Positions 26,200 to 38,017 of a stretch of DNA of 64,000 nt are shown in pieces (position 1 is the stretch's first letter; each line of letters starts with the position of its first letter). Made by a program: the position numbers and the translations under genes. The notes below the pieces were generated by a model. The model searched no databases, was not told the DNA's origin, and saw nothing but the letters and a program-made list of their open reading frames with translations. This DNA is from Flavipsychrobacter sp. (GTDB lineage Bacteria > Bacteroidota > Bacteroidia > Chitinophagales > Chitinophagaceae), in assembly GCA_031292525.1 (NCBI GenBank), contig JARLGY010000010.1, positions 90,806 through 154,805 of the forward strand, read 5' to 3'.

Positions 26200-28944
26200 A
26201 TGAAGTATATATTCTTGTTGGCAGTTGTAACAATATTATTTAACCATGCAGATGCTCAGATATTTAAAAAGCAAATAAAAAGAGCACATTCTCAACTTGA
26301 CAACATTAAGATCGATGAACATTTTAGCATTGAAAACCTAGACACGGTATATAATATTCTGCACGACCACTACGGGCTCAATATTGTATATGATACCGCG
26401 TACTGTAATTCACTATTCTTTTCTTATTGGTATATGGCCACTGCTGCGCCGCTGGCTATTGAGATAACAACAAGAAACAACGATCTTTCCTATACAATTG
26501 ACAGTACCAACACAATATATGTAAAGGCCAGACACGTACATAACATCAAGAAAAAGCCGCTACCAAATACCCGGGAAGAAAAAAACAACTCAGCACTATC
26601 CAGTCTCAATTTTACGCTTTATGGTCATGTGGTTGATGATTCGACCAACGAAAGCCTAGCCGGAGTTTATGTTACAGTTAAAGGCACATCCATATCTGCT
26701 ATATCGGGTACAGATGGTTCTTTCACGTTAAACAATGTGCCGAACGATACGGCTTCTTTATCTGTTTCTTATATGGGCTATATGCCTGCCGATATCTATT
26801 TGACGCCCAATATCAGCAAAACAAATTTCATGATAGGGCTTCACCAGGCGGAGCATATTCTTGATGAAGCTACTGTCCTTGCAAACAGAGTAGATCTTAT
26901 GCGCTTGTCGGGTAAAACGATCAGCACAATAAAACTATCACCTGAAAAACTGGAACAGATACCCAATGTGGGAGAAAAGGATATCATGCGCACTTTCCAA
27001 CTAATGCCGGGTATCAGTGCCGCTAATGAATCGTCTTCAGGGCTTTACGTCCGGGGTGGCACACCAGATCAAAACCTGGTTATGTACGATGGCTTTACAG
27101 TTTACCAAGTAGATCACTTATATGGCTTCTTCAGTGCATTTAATGCTAATGCTGTTAAAGAAGTTGAACTTTACAAAGGAGGATTTGATGCAAAGTATGG
27201 TGGACGCCTATCCAGCGTTACCGACATAACCGGAAAAGAAGGAAGCACAAAACAATTTAATTTGGGTGGCGATGTAAGTTTGTTGAGTGCAAATATATTT
27301 ACAGAGATACCCATTACAGAAAATCTATCTCTGGTAGCTGCTGCGAGGCGTTCATGGAACGGCCCCATCTATAACTGGATATTCAATAGTTTCAACAAGA
27401 GTTCTGGTTCTTCTAATGCTACAGGTGCATCGGGCCAAGGTCCAGGTGGCGCAGACAATACAACTAAAGCAAAGTCGTACTTCTACGATTTAAATACCCG
27501 GCTTACATTTAAACCTACTAAAAAAGACGTGCTCACATATAGCATGTTCAGTGGTGGAGATGACCTCAATAATAGCTTTACTGTTAATACACCATCATTC
27601 CTGGCGAGTATGGGCATATCACTCAACTTTGGAACCACTGATGTAACCAATTATGGAAATGTAGGCATGAGTATGGGCTGGCGACGGACATGGAATAAGA
27701 AAATGACCAGTAATACCGTATTGAGCTACTCCAACTTTTACAGTGACAGGAATCGTGTTACAAACGGCTCTTTTGGTGAACTGGGCAGCACGACAACCAC
27801 CAAAACAGGCATATTTGAGCACAATAACCTTAAAGATATTTCTCTACGAACGGATCATGAATGGTTACTCACAAAATGGAACCATATAGGATTTGGAGCC
27901 TTTTGTACGCACTACGATATCAAATATACTTATTCACAAAACGACTCTTCACTTTTGCTTAATAGCCATAATACCAGTGATCTGGTTGGAGGCTACTTAC
28001 AAGACAAATTCATATTTTTTAACGATAAAGTTTCCATTACCGCAGGAATGCGCTTCAGTTATTTTGGGCTGACTGCAAAAACCTATACCGAACCAAGAGT
28101 TGCATTGGACTATGATATTACACGCAAACTCTCATTTAAAGCAGCTTATGGCGAATATTATCAATTTGCAAACCGTATAACACGTGAGGACATTTCTGCT
28201 GGCAGCAGCGAGTTTTGGGTATTATCAGATGGGAAAACAGTGCCGGTAAGCAGTGCCACACACTATATAGCAGGACTAAGCTATGAGACCAATTCTTATT
28301 TATTTGGTGTAGAAGGTTATTACAAAACGCTGAATAATATTGTGCAGTACACTGAGCGATATTCTGCCACAACTTCCACCATCAACTATACTCAAAACTT
28401 TTACACAGGTAGCGGCTACTCGCAAGGTGTAGAGTTTATGGCGCAGAAGAAAATACGCAAATTTACAGGTTGGGTTAGCTATACGTTATCCAAAACTATG
28501 AATCATTTCCCGGTATATTCTGCCCAGGATTTTCCGGCAGACAATGATGTAAGAAATGAATTTAAGATAGTGAGTATGTACAAAATGAACCACTGGGATT
28601 TTGCTGCAACATGGATCTATGCCAGCGGCAAACCATATACAGCGCCGGGTGGCGGATATACTATTACCCTACTTGATGGCACTAAAGAGAACTACGTTAC
28701 AATAACATCAAAAAACACCTTGCGGTTACCAGATTATCACAGGATGGACGTCTCTGTCAATTATCATTTTTACAATGAGGCTAAAAAAGATGTTGGCTAC
28801 GTTGGTTTATCGTTGTTTAACGTATATGCCCGGCAAAATGTATGGTATAAGGAGTTCACTATTGTTAGCGGCCATGTGGTTGAAACCAATGTAGATTACC
28901 TCAGCTTCACCCCTAACCTAACTTTATCCTTAAAACTTAGATAA
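26200..28944 (+). CDS. TonB-dependent receptor with a CarboxypepD_reg domain and an N-terminal extension of about 130 aa
   Basis: Contains a signal peptide, LYGHVVDDSTNESLAGVYVTVKG, plug motifs (DIMRTFQLMPG, GLYVRGG) and a beta-barrel ending in an aromatic-rich terminus. Confidence 0.85.
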   Translation: MKYIFLLAVVTILFNHADAQIFKKQIKRAHSQLDNIKIDEHFSIENLDTVYNILHDHYGLNIVYDTAYCNSLFFSYWYMATAAPLAIEITTRNNDLSYTIDSTNTIYVKARHVHNIKKKPLPNTREEKNNSALSSLNFTLYGHVVDDSTNESLAGVYVTVKGTSISAISGTDGSFTLNNVPNDTASLSVSYMGYMPADIYLTPNISKTNFMIGLHQAEHILDEATVLANRVDLMRLSGKTISTIKLSPEKLEQIPNVGEKDIMRTFQLMPGISAANESSSGLYVRGGTPDQNLVMYDGFTVYQVDHLYGFFSAFNANAVKEVELYKGGFDAKYGGRLSSVTDITGKEGSTKQFNLGGDVSLLSANIFTEIPITENLSLVAAARRSWNGPIYNWIFNSFNKSSGSSNATGASGQGPGGADNTTKAKSYFYDLNTRLTFKPTKKDVLTYSMFSGGDDLNNSFTVNTPSFLASMGISLNFGTTDVTNYGNVGMSMGWRRTWNKKMTSNTVLSYSNFYSDRNRVTNGSFGELGSTTTTKTGIFEHNNLKDISLRTDHEWLLTKWNHIGFGAFCTHYDIKYTYSQNDSSLLLNSHNTSDLVGGYLQDKFIFFNDKVSITAGMRFSYFGLTAKTYTEPRVALDYDITRKLSFKAAYGEYYQFANRITREDISAGSSEFWVLSDGKTVPVSSATHYIAGLSYETNSYLFGVEGYYKTLNNIVQYTERYSATTSTINYTQNFYTGSGYSQGVEFMAQKKIRKFTGWVSYTLSKTMNHFPVYSAQDFPADNDVRNEFKIVSMYKMNHWDFAATWIYASGKPYTAPGGGYTITLLDGTKENYVTITSKNTLRLPDYHRMDVSVNYHFYNEAKKDVGYVGLSLFNVYARQNVWYKEFTIVSGHVVETNVDYLSFTPNLTLSLKLR

Positions 28945-28945
28945 C

Positions 28946-29758
28946 ATGAAGAAAATAATAGCTTTTTTTATCGCGACTCTTTGGATATACGGATGTAAAA
29001 AAGAAGCTTCATTACCTGAGTATAACACAGACCCGGTAATTACTTCGTATCTAATACCAGGCAATACCATAAGCCTGCAGCTGAGCCACCAGGAATCTAC
29101 AACGTCCACTCAATATTCTGCACCTAGTTTAGATTCACTTAATATTACCATCACATCAAAGGATACAATATACCACCTTGTACCTAAGGGTAATGGGCTT
29201 TACACAGATACGTCATTAGTGATCACAGCGGGAAACAAGTATAGCCTGCAATTTACTTATAATGGAAAAGTAGTGACTGCATCAACCGTAATACCTGCTA
29301 AGCCGGTAAATTATGCACAGTCGGCAACGTCTATAGCTATAACACAAATCACTTCCTCATCATCATCTAGTATTGGAATGCCTGGGGGCGGTCCTGTTGA
29401 TCCAATAAAACTCACATGGTCTAATAGTGACGAATCTTATTACGTAGTAGTAGTACAAAATATGGAAACCAACCTGGTACCTATTAATGATACTATAACT
29501 GTCGTGGATTCATCACGGATATTCAGGAATTCGCCTACTACCGGAACTTCGTATAATATAAATACTCGTGATTTTACTTATTACGGCTATCATAGGTTGA
29601 TCCTTTTCCATATCAATGCAGATTATGCATCTCTATATAATAATAACAGCAGCAGTTCACAAAATCTGTCAACACCTTCTACAGGCATCACTAATGGTGT
29701 TGGTATATTTACAGGTATAAATTCTGATACTTTATTCCTTCACGTGGATAAACAATAG
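28946..29758 (+). CDS. Lipoprotein, DUF4249-like partner of the TonB-dependent receptor
   Basis: It has a lipobox (LWIYGC) and sits 1 nt after the receptor. This is the usual receptor/DUF4249 pairing in Bacteroidota. Confidence 0.55.
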   Translation: MKKIIAFFIATLWIYGCKKEASLPEYNTDPVITSYLIPGNTISLQLSHQESTTSTQYSAPSLDSLNITITSKDTIYHLVPKGNGLYTDTSLVITAGNKYSLQFTYNGKVVTASTVIPAKPVNYAQSATSIAITQITSSSSSSIGMPGGGPVDPIKLTWSNSDESYYVVVVQNMETNLVPINDTITVVDSSRIFRNSPTTGTSYNINTRDFTYYGYHRLILFHINADYASLYNNNSSSSQNLSTPSTGITNGVGIFTGINSDTLFLHVDKQ

Positions 29759-29762
29759 TTAC

Positions 29763-30854
29763 ATGACAATGAGTTTCACAACACGCAATAAGCTTTGGGT
29801 AGTACCGATGATTCATATTCTGTGCTGGTTGGTGTTTTTTTCTATACCTTTCATTGCACGGGATGAACACATGCGTTTTAATGAGCATTTCCCTAACGAG
29901 CATTTTGCCCCTCACCCTATACATGCCAGGGATGGCATATTGTATCTCTCGTTGGTTACAAACATTTGCATTGTTGCAATATTTTATATCAATATATTAT
30001 TTATATCAAAAATTTTTACAAAGCAGAAAAGACACATAAGGTATATACTCATACAGTTAACTAGTCTCATATTGTTTTACTATCTGCTAAAGTTGTTTAT
30101 GTCTTTTATGATGCCTGATGATATGGGTATGCCATTGGGCATGCAACTGTTTAACTATGCCATTATAATTTTAGTAGCTTTTTGTTACAGTCTTATAAAA
30201 GAAAATGCAGAAGCGGAACAAAAGCGAAAAGAAAAAGAAACTGAGAATTTAATGGCAGAGTTAATCTTCTTACGATGGCAAATTAGCCCGCATTTTCTTT
30301 TTAATGTACTTAATAATATGGTTTCATTGGCTCGTATAAAATCAGAGAAGCTTGAAAAAATGCTTTTTGATCTATCCAATCTCATGAGATACATGATATA
30401 TGAAACTGAAGATCATAAAATATCTATAGACCGCGAAATTGAATATCTTAAAAGCTATATTGATTTACAAATATTAAGGTTTACCAATGAGGTGACAGTC
30501 AATACCAACATATTTATATCAGAAAATGACAACAGCGTTATAGAGCCGATGTTACTCATCCCTTTTATAGAGAATGCTTTTAAGCACGGTATTAATAACC
30601 TTATTGCTGAGCCGGTTATTACTATTGATGTTCACTATGCCAGGGAGAGGCTTACGATGACTATAAAAAATAAACGCAGCCCGCAATTACCTTCTGGTAA
30701 TGATGAAACAAAAGGCATAGGTCTTGCTAATGTAAAAAGGCGGCTAGGGCTGCTATACCCTAAACGACATTCGCTCAACATTACCGCAATAGATGATTGG
30801 TATAGCTGTACCTTAGGTATAAATCTGGCAGAAAATGAAGTGCATAATTATTGA
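29763..30854 (+). CDS. LytS/YehU-type sensor histidine kinase
   Basis: It has multi-TM N-terminal helices, a His_kinase block (LRWQISPHFLFNVLNN) and an HATPase tail. Confidence 0.85.
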   Translation: MTMSFTTRNKLWVVPMIHILCWLVFFSIPFIARDEHMRFNEHFPNEHFAPHPIHARDGILYLSLVTNICIVAIFYINILFISKIFTKQKRHIRYILIQLTSLILFYYLLKLFMSFMMPDDMGMPLGMQLFNYAIIILVAFCYSLIKENAEAEQKRKEKETENLMAELIFLRWQISPHFLFNVLNNMVSLARIKSEKLEKMLFDLSNLMRYMIYETEDHKISIDREIEYLKSYIDLQILRFTNEVTVNTNIFISENDNSVIEPMLLIPFIENAFKHGINNLIAEPVITIDVHYARERLTMTIKNKRSPQLPSGNDETKGIGLANVKRRLGLLYPKRHSLNITAIDDWYSCTLGINLAENEVHNY

Positions 30855-31530
30855 CGATGAGCCATTAGCCCTTGATTTGCTGGAAGACTACATTAGTAAG
30901 ATTTCATTCTTGCAACTCATAAAAAGGTGCGGCAATGCAATGGAAGCATTGGACATTCTGCAAAAGGACGAAATAGACATTGTTTTTTCTGATATACAAA
31001 TGCAAGGTCTTACGGGCATGCAGCTAATCAAAACACTTACCGTAAAACCAATGTTTATTATTATATCGGCTTACCAATCTTATGCAATAGAGGGATATGA
31101 ATTAGATGTACTGGACTATTTGCTAAAACCGGTGTCTTATGAAAGATTTGTTAAGGCATGCAATAGAGCTTTAGCTTATTATAATTCTATGCAAAAGAAT
31201 GCTCCGGAACCAGATCATACTTTTTTTCATGTAGACTATAGCTTGATAAAAGTAATCTTTGAAGAAGTCTCATACATAGAAAGCATCAAGGATTATGTAA
31301 AAATATATTTTGTAAATGCCCGGCGTCCCCTACTGGTAAGGCACAGCATGAAGGGTATTGAAGAAATATTCCCCTCTTCAGCTTTTATACGGATTCATAA
31401 ATCATATATAGTTAGCAAAGCATCAGTAACTGCTATTCGTAAGAACAGTCTATACATAAATGCGTTTGAATTACCTATAAGCGAGCAATATAAAGAAGTT
31501 GTTAATCAGCTTACTAACAGGCATATCTAG
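30835..31530 (+). CDS. LytTR-family response regulator
   Basis: It has a receiver domain (IIIDDE...DIVFSDIQM) and a LytTR DNA-binding C-terminus. It overlaps the kinase gene by 20 nt. Confidence 0.88.
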   Translation: MKCIIIDDEPLALDLLEDYISKISFLQLIKRCGNAMEALDILQKDEIDIVFSDIQMQGLTGMQLIKTLTVKPMFIIISAYQSYAIEGYELDVLDYLLKPVSYERFVKACNRALAYYNSMQKNAPEPDHTFFHVDYSLIKVIFEEVSYIESIKDYVKIYFVNARRPLLVRHSMKGIEEIFPSSAFIRIHKSYIVSKASVTAIRKNSLYINAFELPISEQYKEVVNQLTNRHI

Positions 31531-31565
31531 AAAATTCAGTTAATTAATACGCTGATAATTTTCCC

Positions 31566-32261
31566 TTAACGGGAGATACGATAAGTACCTCTTGCACGGT
31601 ACAGGTCGGCTGCATGCTTTATGTACGCATAGAAACCATATTCACTCATGCCCCTAGCCTGCTCATAGGTTGGGCGGTAACGCCTCATGTAATAATTAAG
31701 ACTATCCCCGGTAAGACCTGTTAACTTAGTTACAGTTGCCGGATTAAATAGATTGTCTACATACTTCTGCTTTTCAGTCTCATAATAATCATCCTGGAAG
31801 GCCCATACTTCCCTGTTTTTCTTACTCATAGCAGAAAAAGGATGCTCTATAGAGCCAAAGGTTGAAAGCTTAGGTACATTTAACTCATGACTATATAATT
31901 CACGATACCGTAGACTGTCTGAAGTGTATTTATTTGCCAGGTAAGGAGGTATAACCATTGGCCCCGCTTCCATTATTATTTTAAAATATGGCGGCACGTC
32001 TCCATCAGGTATCCGTGCATGTACCGTCTTGTATCCAGGTTTTCTAAATTCCAGTAATTGTCCCTTAGATGCTGTAATGAAAAACTTACCCTGCTCATCG
32101 GTAAGCATCACAAACCCTGTATATGTATTTTCAATATTTACATCATTTATTGGCTTCTTGCCCGCATTGTCAACTACTACCCCAACAATAGATTGCGCAA
32201 ACAACCCGGTACTCATAACACCCAATATAAATATGCAACCTATAAATACACGTATGCGCAT
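31566..32261 (-). CDS. Carboxypeptidase-regulatory-like domain protein
   Basis: It has a signal peptide followed by IVGVVVDNAGKKPINDVNIEN...TDEQGKFFI. Confidence 0.6.
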   Translation of the reverse strand: MRIRVFIGCIFILGVMSTGLFAQSIVGVVVDNAGKKPINDVNIENTYTGFVMLTDEQGKFFITASKGQLLEFRKPGYKTVHARIPDGDVPPYFKIIMEAGPMVIPPYLANKYTSDSLRYRELYSHELNVPKLSTFGSIEHPFSAMSKKNREVWAFQDDYYETEKQKYVDNLFNPATVTKLTGLTGDSLNYYMRRYRPTYEQARGMSEYGFYAYIKHAADLYRARGTYRISR

Positions 32262-32348
32262 AGCGCACTAAATTACATTATAGCTGATTTTTCTGAGATT
32301 TAATTTTGTTAAAATAACCAAAGCCATTCAATTGCTATCTTTGACGCT

Positions 32349-33380
32349 ATGTATAAACTAGTACGCAAAGCGCTGTTTACTGTAGAGCCAGAAAAAGTAC
32401 ATTACATGGTAATGAAAAATCTAAACAGGGCATACAAAATACCTTTTTCCAGAAATATACTTAAATCAATATTCTCTGTTCAGCACCCTTCCCTTGAGCG
32501 TACCTTATGGGGCATTACCTTTCCTAACCCTGTAGGCTTAGCTGCAGGATTTGATAAAGACGCAAAGTATACAGATGCTCTAGCATGCCTTGGCTTTGGG
32601 TTTGTAGAAATAGGCACACTAACCCCTAAAGCACAGCCAGGCAATCCGCAGCCCAGGCTATTCAGGCTCCCTGCCGATAAAGCACTCATTAATCGGATGG
32701 GGTTTAATAACGGAGGTGCGGCGGCAGCGGCAGAAAAGTTACGCCATCGCAAAGAGCACATAATAATAGGCGGTAATATTGGTAAGAATAAAGACACACC
32801 TAATGATGACGCCATAAACGACTATGAAGCTTCTTTTAAGGAGCTATACCCTGTTGTAGATTATTTTGTAGTGAATGTAAGCAGTCCTAATACTCCCAAT
32901 CTGCGTGCCCTGCAAGACAAAGTACCTTTAACCCGACTATTGCAAAGGCTTCAAGAACTAAATAATGAATTGGGTAATCCGAAGCCGTTATTACTTAAAA
33001 TAGCACCCGATCTAACAGACGGGCAATTGGACGATATTGTTGAAATAGTAACGCAAACCGGAATACAAGGAATAGTAGCTACCAATACGACCATTAACCG
33101 TGATGGCCTTGAAACGCCACGAAATATAATAGGTAATATTGGTGCCGGCGGCCTTAGTGGCAAGCCATTGACCAAAAGAGCTACTGAAGTGATCAGCTAC
33201 ATACACAAAAAAAGCAACGGGGAAATACCAATTATGGCAGTTGGGGGAATTTTCACCGCTGAAGATGCCAGAGAAAAAATAAACGCCGGAGCGGCGTTAG
33301 TTCAGATATACACTGGATTTATATACGAAGGACCCGGAATTGTAAAGAAAATATGCAATGGCCTGATCAACAAAAACTAA
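32349..33380 (+). CDS. pyrD: Quinone-dependent dihydroorotate dehydrogenase
   Basis: Contains [26 protein letters not shown] and GVGGI blocks. Confidence 0.92.
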   Translation: MYKLVRKALFTVEPEKVHYMVMKNLNRAYKIPFSRNILKSIFSVQHPSLERTLWGITFPNPVGLAAGFDKDAKYTDALACLGFGFVEIGTLTPKAQPGNPQPRLFRLPADKALINRMGFNNGGAAAAAEKLRHRKEHIIIGGNIGKNKDTPNDDAINDYEASFKELYPVVDYFVVNVSSPNTPNLRALQDKVPLTRLLQRLQELNNELGNPKPLLLKIAPDLTDGQLDDIVEIVTQTGIQGIVATNTTINRDGLETPRNIIGNIGAGGLSGKPLTKRATEVISYIHKKSNGEIPIMAVGGIFTAEDAREKINAGAALVQIYTGFIYEGPGIVKKICNGLINKN

Positions 33381-33765
33381 TATGGGTTTTAATTTTGCAG
33401 TGCAGCCTGTTCGCCCATGCGCATCTTACGGATCGCTAGCTTGATCTTCTGAACGGTATAAAGAATAATTCCCATTCCTATATACACCTTAACTACTATC
33501 GGTATAAAAACTTTCTGTATCATAACCTGTTGTTTAAAAAGCCTTTTTTTATTCTCTGACACAAAGATGATACACCTGATGCACCCATTGAAGCTTTTAG
33601 GCGTTCTTAACTGCACCTTTAAAAGCGGTTAACCATTAGTTTAATTTCTGTTAACTATCAATTTAGGTTCTATTAACGAGCTATTATGAACCGTGACATA
33701 TATAGGATGAGGTTAACACGAAAAGTGCATATGCGTATTTGCCACATTTCAGTTAAGTTTGCGCC

Positions 33766-34779
33766 ATGAAGAATTTATGGATAAAGCTGCTTCCCCTATT
33801 GGCGGGCTTAGCACTTTTTACTTCTTGTCATAACCACACAAAAAACGTAGATACCAGCAGCGCTCTGTACCAAACGCCTGAACTGAAGACCGCATCGGAT
33901 AAAATAGCAGACAATCCTAAAGATGCTTCGCTATACTATGACAGAGGTAATATCCTGCACAGGCAAAAAAAAGATTCGCTTGCTATAAGTGATTATAAAA
34001 AAGCTATATCGATCGACTCCAGCAAAGCTGAATATTACAGTGCTATTGGCAACCTGCTTTTCGACCACAAAGACATTACAGGCTCACTACCCTATATACA
34101 AAAAGCCATTGCCATAAATCCTAGAGACCCAAAGGCACGTATAAAAGTGGCCAAGATGTTCCTGTTTACTAAAAAATATAATGAAGCCTTTGCCGAGTTG
34201 AATATAGTGCTTCGCCAAAACGTACACGATCCTGAACCCTACTTTATAAAAGGGCTTATTTATAAAGAAACTAAGGATACGGCCAGGGCCATATCTAGTT
34301 TTCTTACGGCATTGCAGGAAGGGCCCGATGATAAAGAAGCTATGATACAGCTGGGACAACTATACGGCGAAAAACATAACCCTATTGCACTTAAATATTT
34401 TGAGAATGCCTTTAAAGCAGACACTGCCGATGTATTCCCTTTATACGCAACAGGCGTATACTACCAGGAAAATAAGGACTATGAAAACGCAAAAGCCGCC
34501 TACAAAAACTGTATTTTGCACGATAATCAGTATGCTAATGCCTACTTCAATACCGGGTATATCCTATTGCAACAAGACTCTGTAGAAAAAGCCTGGAGGC
34601 AGTACAACCTGGTTACACAGATAGAACCAACCAATGCCACTGCGTACTATAGTAGAGGGTTGTGCAGCGAAATGATGAACAAGAAACAAGACGCTATAAA
34701 TGACTACAAACAAGCACTTGTGTTCAATAGTAAGTATGATGACGCCAAACAAGGGCTGAAACGCATGGGCGTAAAATAG
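33766..34779 (+). CDS. Tetratricopeptide-repeat lipoprotein
   Basis: It has a lipobox (LFTSC) and repeated TPR-like A..Y..A...P patterns. Confidence 0.75.
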   Translation: MKNLWIKLLPLLAGLALFTSCHNHTKNVDTSSALYQTPELKTASDKIADNPKDASLYYDRGNILHRQKKDSLAISDYKKAISIDSSKAEYYSAIGNLLFDHKDITGSLPYIQKAIAINPRDPKARIKVAKMFLFTKKYNEAFAELNIVLRQNVHDPEPYFIKGLIYKETKDTARAISSFLTALQEGPDDKEAMIQLGQLYGEKHNPIALKYFENAFKADTADVFPLYATGVYYQENKDYENAKAAYKNCILHDNQYANAYFNTGYILLQQDSVEKAWRQYNLVTQIEPTNATAYYSRGLCSEMMNKKQDAINDYKQALVFNSKYDDAKQGLKRMGVK

Positions 34780-34821
34780 CAACAAAAAATTATCTAGTAA
34801 AATAATAAAACATAAAACGCA

Positions 34822-35469
34822 ATGGCCATAATAGCACCATCCATGCTCTCTTCAAATTTCTCGAACCTGGAGCAAGATATACAAATGGTAAACAATAGCG
34901 ATGCCGACTGGTTTCACCTTGATGTAATGGATGGCAGGTTTGTACCTAACATCACCTTTGGTATGCCCATAATAGCTGCCATGAAGAAAAGTGCAAAAAA
35001 ACCTTTTGATGTGCACTTGATGATAGTAGAACCTGAAAAATACTTTGAGGCTTTTGCCAAGGCGGGAGCCGACATATTGACCGTGCATTACGAAGTATCG
35101 CCACACTTGCACCGCAACCTGCAAGTGATAAAATCTTTAGGCATGAAGGCAGGAGTAGCCATTAACCCTGGTACCCCTGTAAGCCTGCTTGAGGATGTGT
35201 TGTGCGACATAGACCTTGTATGTGTAATGAGTGTGAACCCCGGGTTTGGTGGCCAGAAATTCATAGATCAGACCACACATAAACTAAGGGTACTTAAAAG
35301 GATGATAAATGATCGTGGAGTGGGCACCCTTATAGAGGTGGATGGAGGTGTAACCCTGGAAAATGCATCAACCATAATAAAGAACGGCGCAGATGTGCTT
35401 GTTGCAGGCAATACAGTATTTTCTGCAGCAAATCCGGCAGATGCTATTAAATCATTAAAAGAGTTCTGA
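34822..35469 (+). CDS. rpe: Ribulose-phosphate 3-epimerase
   Basis: Contains APSMLS, HLDVMDG.FVPN, MSVNPGFGGQ and VDGG. Confidence 0.93.
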   Translation: MAIIAPSMLSSNFSNLEQDIQMVNNSDADWFHLDVMDGRFVPNITFGMPIIAAMKKSAKKPFDVHLMIVEPEKYFEAFAKAGADILTVHYEVSPHLHRNLQVIKSLGMKAGVAINPGTPVSLLEDVLCDIDLVCVMSVNPGFGGQKFIDQTTHKLRVLKRMINDRGVGTLIEVDGGVTLENASTIIKNGADVLVAGNTVFSAANPADAIKSLKEF

Positions 35470-35504
35470 AAATAAAATAAACGGTTTTAACGTTTGCTTG
35501 TGGT

Positions 35505-37922
35505 ATGCTTCAAAAACATTTAGGATTTTCCATTCTTTTAATACTTGCCAGCTTTCTTTCTCATGCACAGCTGGCTACAATTTCCGGTATAGTAAAAGAT
35601 GAGCGTGGAGCAGCCATTGATGCCGCAACAATAGCGGTAATAAACAGTAACCTGAGCACCTATACCAACAAAAATGGTTACTACACCCTACAGGTGCCTG
35701 CAGGTAAAAGCATAACGGTAGTAGCGTCTTTCACTGGTTACGAGCCTGAACATAAAAACATTGTTTTTGTTGCTGGTGAGTTCAAAAACTGGGATGTGGT
35801 GTTGACCATAAAAACAAACACACTACACGATTTTATTAAAAGAGACGACAGATCAACCTTCGAAGCGGGCAGTGTTGGCATAGACGCTTCAAAAGCCAAT
35901 CTCATCCCAACACCTGGCGGTGGTATAGAAAGCATACTTAAGCTAATGGTGGGCTCTAATAACGAGCTTACATCGCAATATAGTGTAAGGGGGGGCAGCT
36001 ACGATGAGAACCTAGTGTACGTAAATGATTTTGAGATCTATCGTCCATACCTGGTTCGTTCGGGACAACAAGAGGGCTTAAGTTTTATCAACCCCGACCT
36101 TGTATCTAACGTTTATTTCTCTGTTGGTGGTTTCCAACCTAAGTACGGCGACAAAATGTCCAGCGTGTTGGATGTAACCTATAAGAAACCAACAACTTTC
36201 TCTGGTAGCGTAATGGTGAGCTTACTAGGTGCCAGTTTGCATCTGGAAGGAGCATCTAAGAACCAGAAGCTCACCTACCTTATTGGTGCACGCCAGAAAA
36301 GCAACCAATACCTGCTCCAGTCTCAACCCATAAAAGGGGTGTACAACCCTTCATTTACAGATCTGCAATTTTTAATTAACTATCGTTTTAATAGTAAGTG
36401 GGAAATTGAAGCTATTGGTAATTATGCACGTAACCGCTTTACATTTTACCCGGAAAGCCAGGTAACCAGTTTTGGTGTCGTAAACCAGGCCTACCAGTTG
36501 CAGGTGTCTTATAATGGCAGCGAACTAGACCAGTTCGATAGTCGTTTTGGAGGTATATCTGCCACCTACCGTCCCAATGATAAATTGAAATGGAAATTTC
36601 TTGCTTCAGGCTTTCAAACCAATGAACAAGAGACCTTTGACAAAAGCGGCGAATACCTATTGGGAGAATTACAAACAGATCAGAGCCAGAAAAACTTTGG
36701 CCAGGTAAAGGATTATCTAGGTACAGGTCTCATACACGATTATGCCCGTAATTTCCTGAATGTAAATGTTGTGAATGTAGGTTTCCGTGGTGCATATACT
36801 GCAACAAACAATTATTTTTCGTGGGGTAGCGATGTAAACATTACCAGCATTGATGACAACCTGCACCAATGGGAGATGCACGATTCATCGGCCTTTAACC
36901 AGCCCTATAACCCCACTGCGCTGTTCATGAGTTATTTCCTTAACTCTTCAGCAAATTTTAATTATACCAGGTTGAGTGGTTTTGTACAAGACAACTTTAA
37001 ATTCAGTGATTCATCGCGTGTTACAGGCACGTTAGGGGCCAGATACAACTATAGCTACCTTAATAGCGAACTGGTTATTAGTCCGCGTATGCAGCTTGCC
37101 TACCAGCCCAAATGGCAACGCGATGTAGTATTCCGGTTTGCCACGGGTGTGTATGCGCAGCCCCCGTTCTACAGGGAAATGCGGGATGCAGTGGGAGATG
37201 TAAATAAAAACCTGCTAGCACAGAAGTCATTTCATACGGTACTAGGTGCAAATTATAATTTTAAAATGTACAACAGGCCTTTTAAGCTCACCGCAGAGGT
37301 GTATTATAAATACCTGTGGGATCAGGACCCTTATTATTACAACGATGTACAACTCATCTATACCGGCAAGAATGACGGCGTAGGCAGGATATATGGCGGC
37401 GAAATAAGGTTGTATGGGGACATAGTTAAGGATGCCACATCGTGGGTAAGTATAGGTATATTAAAAGCTGAACAAAAACTTATAGACAGCAGCCAGATAT
37501 ACAGTGGCTATTTCCCATTGCCAAACGATCAGCGTTTCATGCTGGGTATGTATTTTGAAGATTACCTGCCTCGCAATAAGAACTTTAAAATGCACCTGAG
37601 CCTTATATACGCCAGTGGGTTACCTGTAGAGGCACCAAATGGCCACCTGTTTGATAACACGCTGAGACTCCCCGATTATAAACGTGTGGATATAGGTTTT
37701 TCAGCCTTGTTGCTTGATGCGGCACGCAGGCAACACCCTTCGCATAGCTTGTTCAATAACATACACAGTATATGGGCAAGCTTCGAGGTGTTTAATTTGT
37801 TAGGAATACAGAATACACTTTCCTATAGTTACATACAAGACCAAACAACAGGGAATAGCTATGATGTACCTAATCGCTTGACGGCAAGATTGCTGAATTT
37901 GAAGATCATTTGTGCCTTTTAA
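35505..37922 (+). CDS. TonB-dependent receptor-like outer-membrane protein with a CarboxypepD_reg domain
   Basis: It has a signal peptide, ISGIVKDERGAAIDAATIAV, a plug (VRGGSYDENLVYVNDFEIY) and a C-terminal F. Confidence 0.8.
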   Translation: MLQKHLGFSILLILASFLSHAQLATISGIVKDERGAAIDAATIAVINSNLSTYTNKNGYYTLQVPAGKSITVVASFTGYEPEHKNIVFVAGEFKNWDVVLTIKTNTLHDFIKRDDRSTFEAGSVGIDASKANLIPTPGGGIESILKLMVGSNNELTSQYSVRGGSYDENLVYVNDFEIYRPYLVRSGQQEGLSFINPDLVSNVYFSVGGFQPKYGDKMSSVLDVTYKKPTTFSGSVMVSLLGASLHLEGASKNQKLTYLIGARQKSNQYLLQSQPIKGVYNPSFTDLQFLINYRFNSKWEIEAIGNYARNRFTFYPESQVTSFGVVNQAYQLQVSYNGSELDQFDSRFGGISATYRPNDKLKWKFLASGFQTNEQETFDKSGEYLLGELQTDQSQKNFGQVKDYLGTGLIHDYARNFLNVNVVNVGFRGAYTATNNYFSWGSDVNITSIDDNLHQWEMHDSSAFNQPYNPTALFMSYFLNSSANFNYTRLSGFVQDNFKFSDSSRVTGTLGARYNYSYLNSELVISPRMQLAYQPKWQRDVVFRFATGVYAQPPFYREMRDAVGDVNKNLLAQKSFHTVLGANYNFKMYNRPFKLTAEVYYKYLWDQDPYYYNDVQLIYTGKNDGVGRIYGGEIRLYGDIVKDATSWVSIGILKAEQKLIDSSQIYSGYFPLPNDQRFMLGMYFEDYLPRNKNFKMHLSLIYASGLPVEAPNGHLFDNTLRLPDYKRVDIGFSALLLDAARRQHPSHSLFNNIHSIWASFEVFNLLGIQNTLSYSYIQDQTTGNSYDVPNRLTARLLNLKIICAF

Positions 37923-38017
37923 TAAGTTGGTAATAGCTTAAAACGTACGCCTGTGGCTCATCAACAAATTTTTTTAAAAAAATCCACAAAAACATTTTGC
38001 AGAGAAAATGATATTCC

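Noticed and set aside
33389-33616. 75-aa minus-strand ORF after pyrD
   Set aside because: The only support is a single hydrophobic stretch. There is no motif and no coupled neighbour. It might be a small membrane protein, but it is not supportable from sequence alone.
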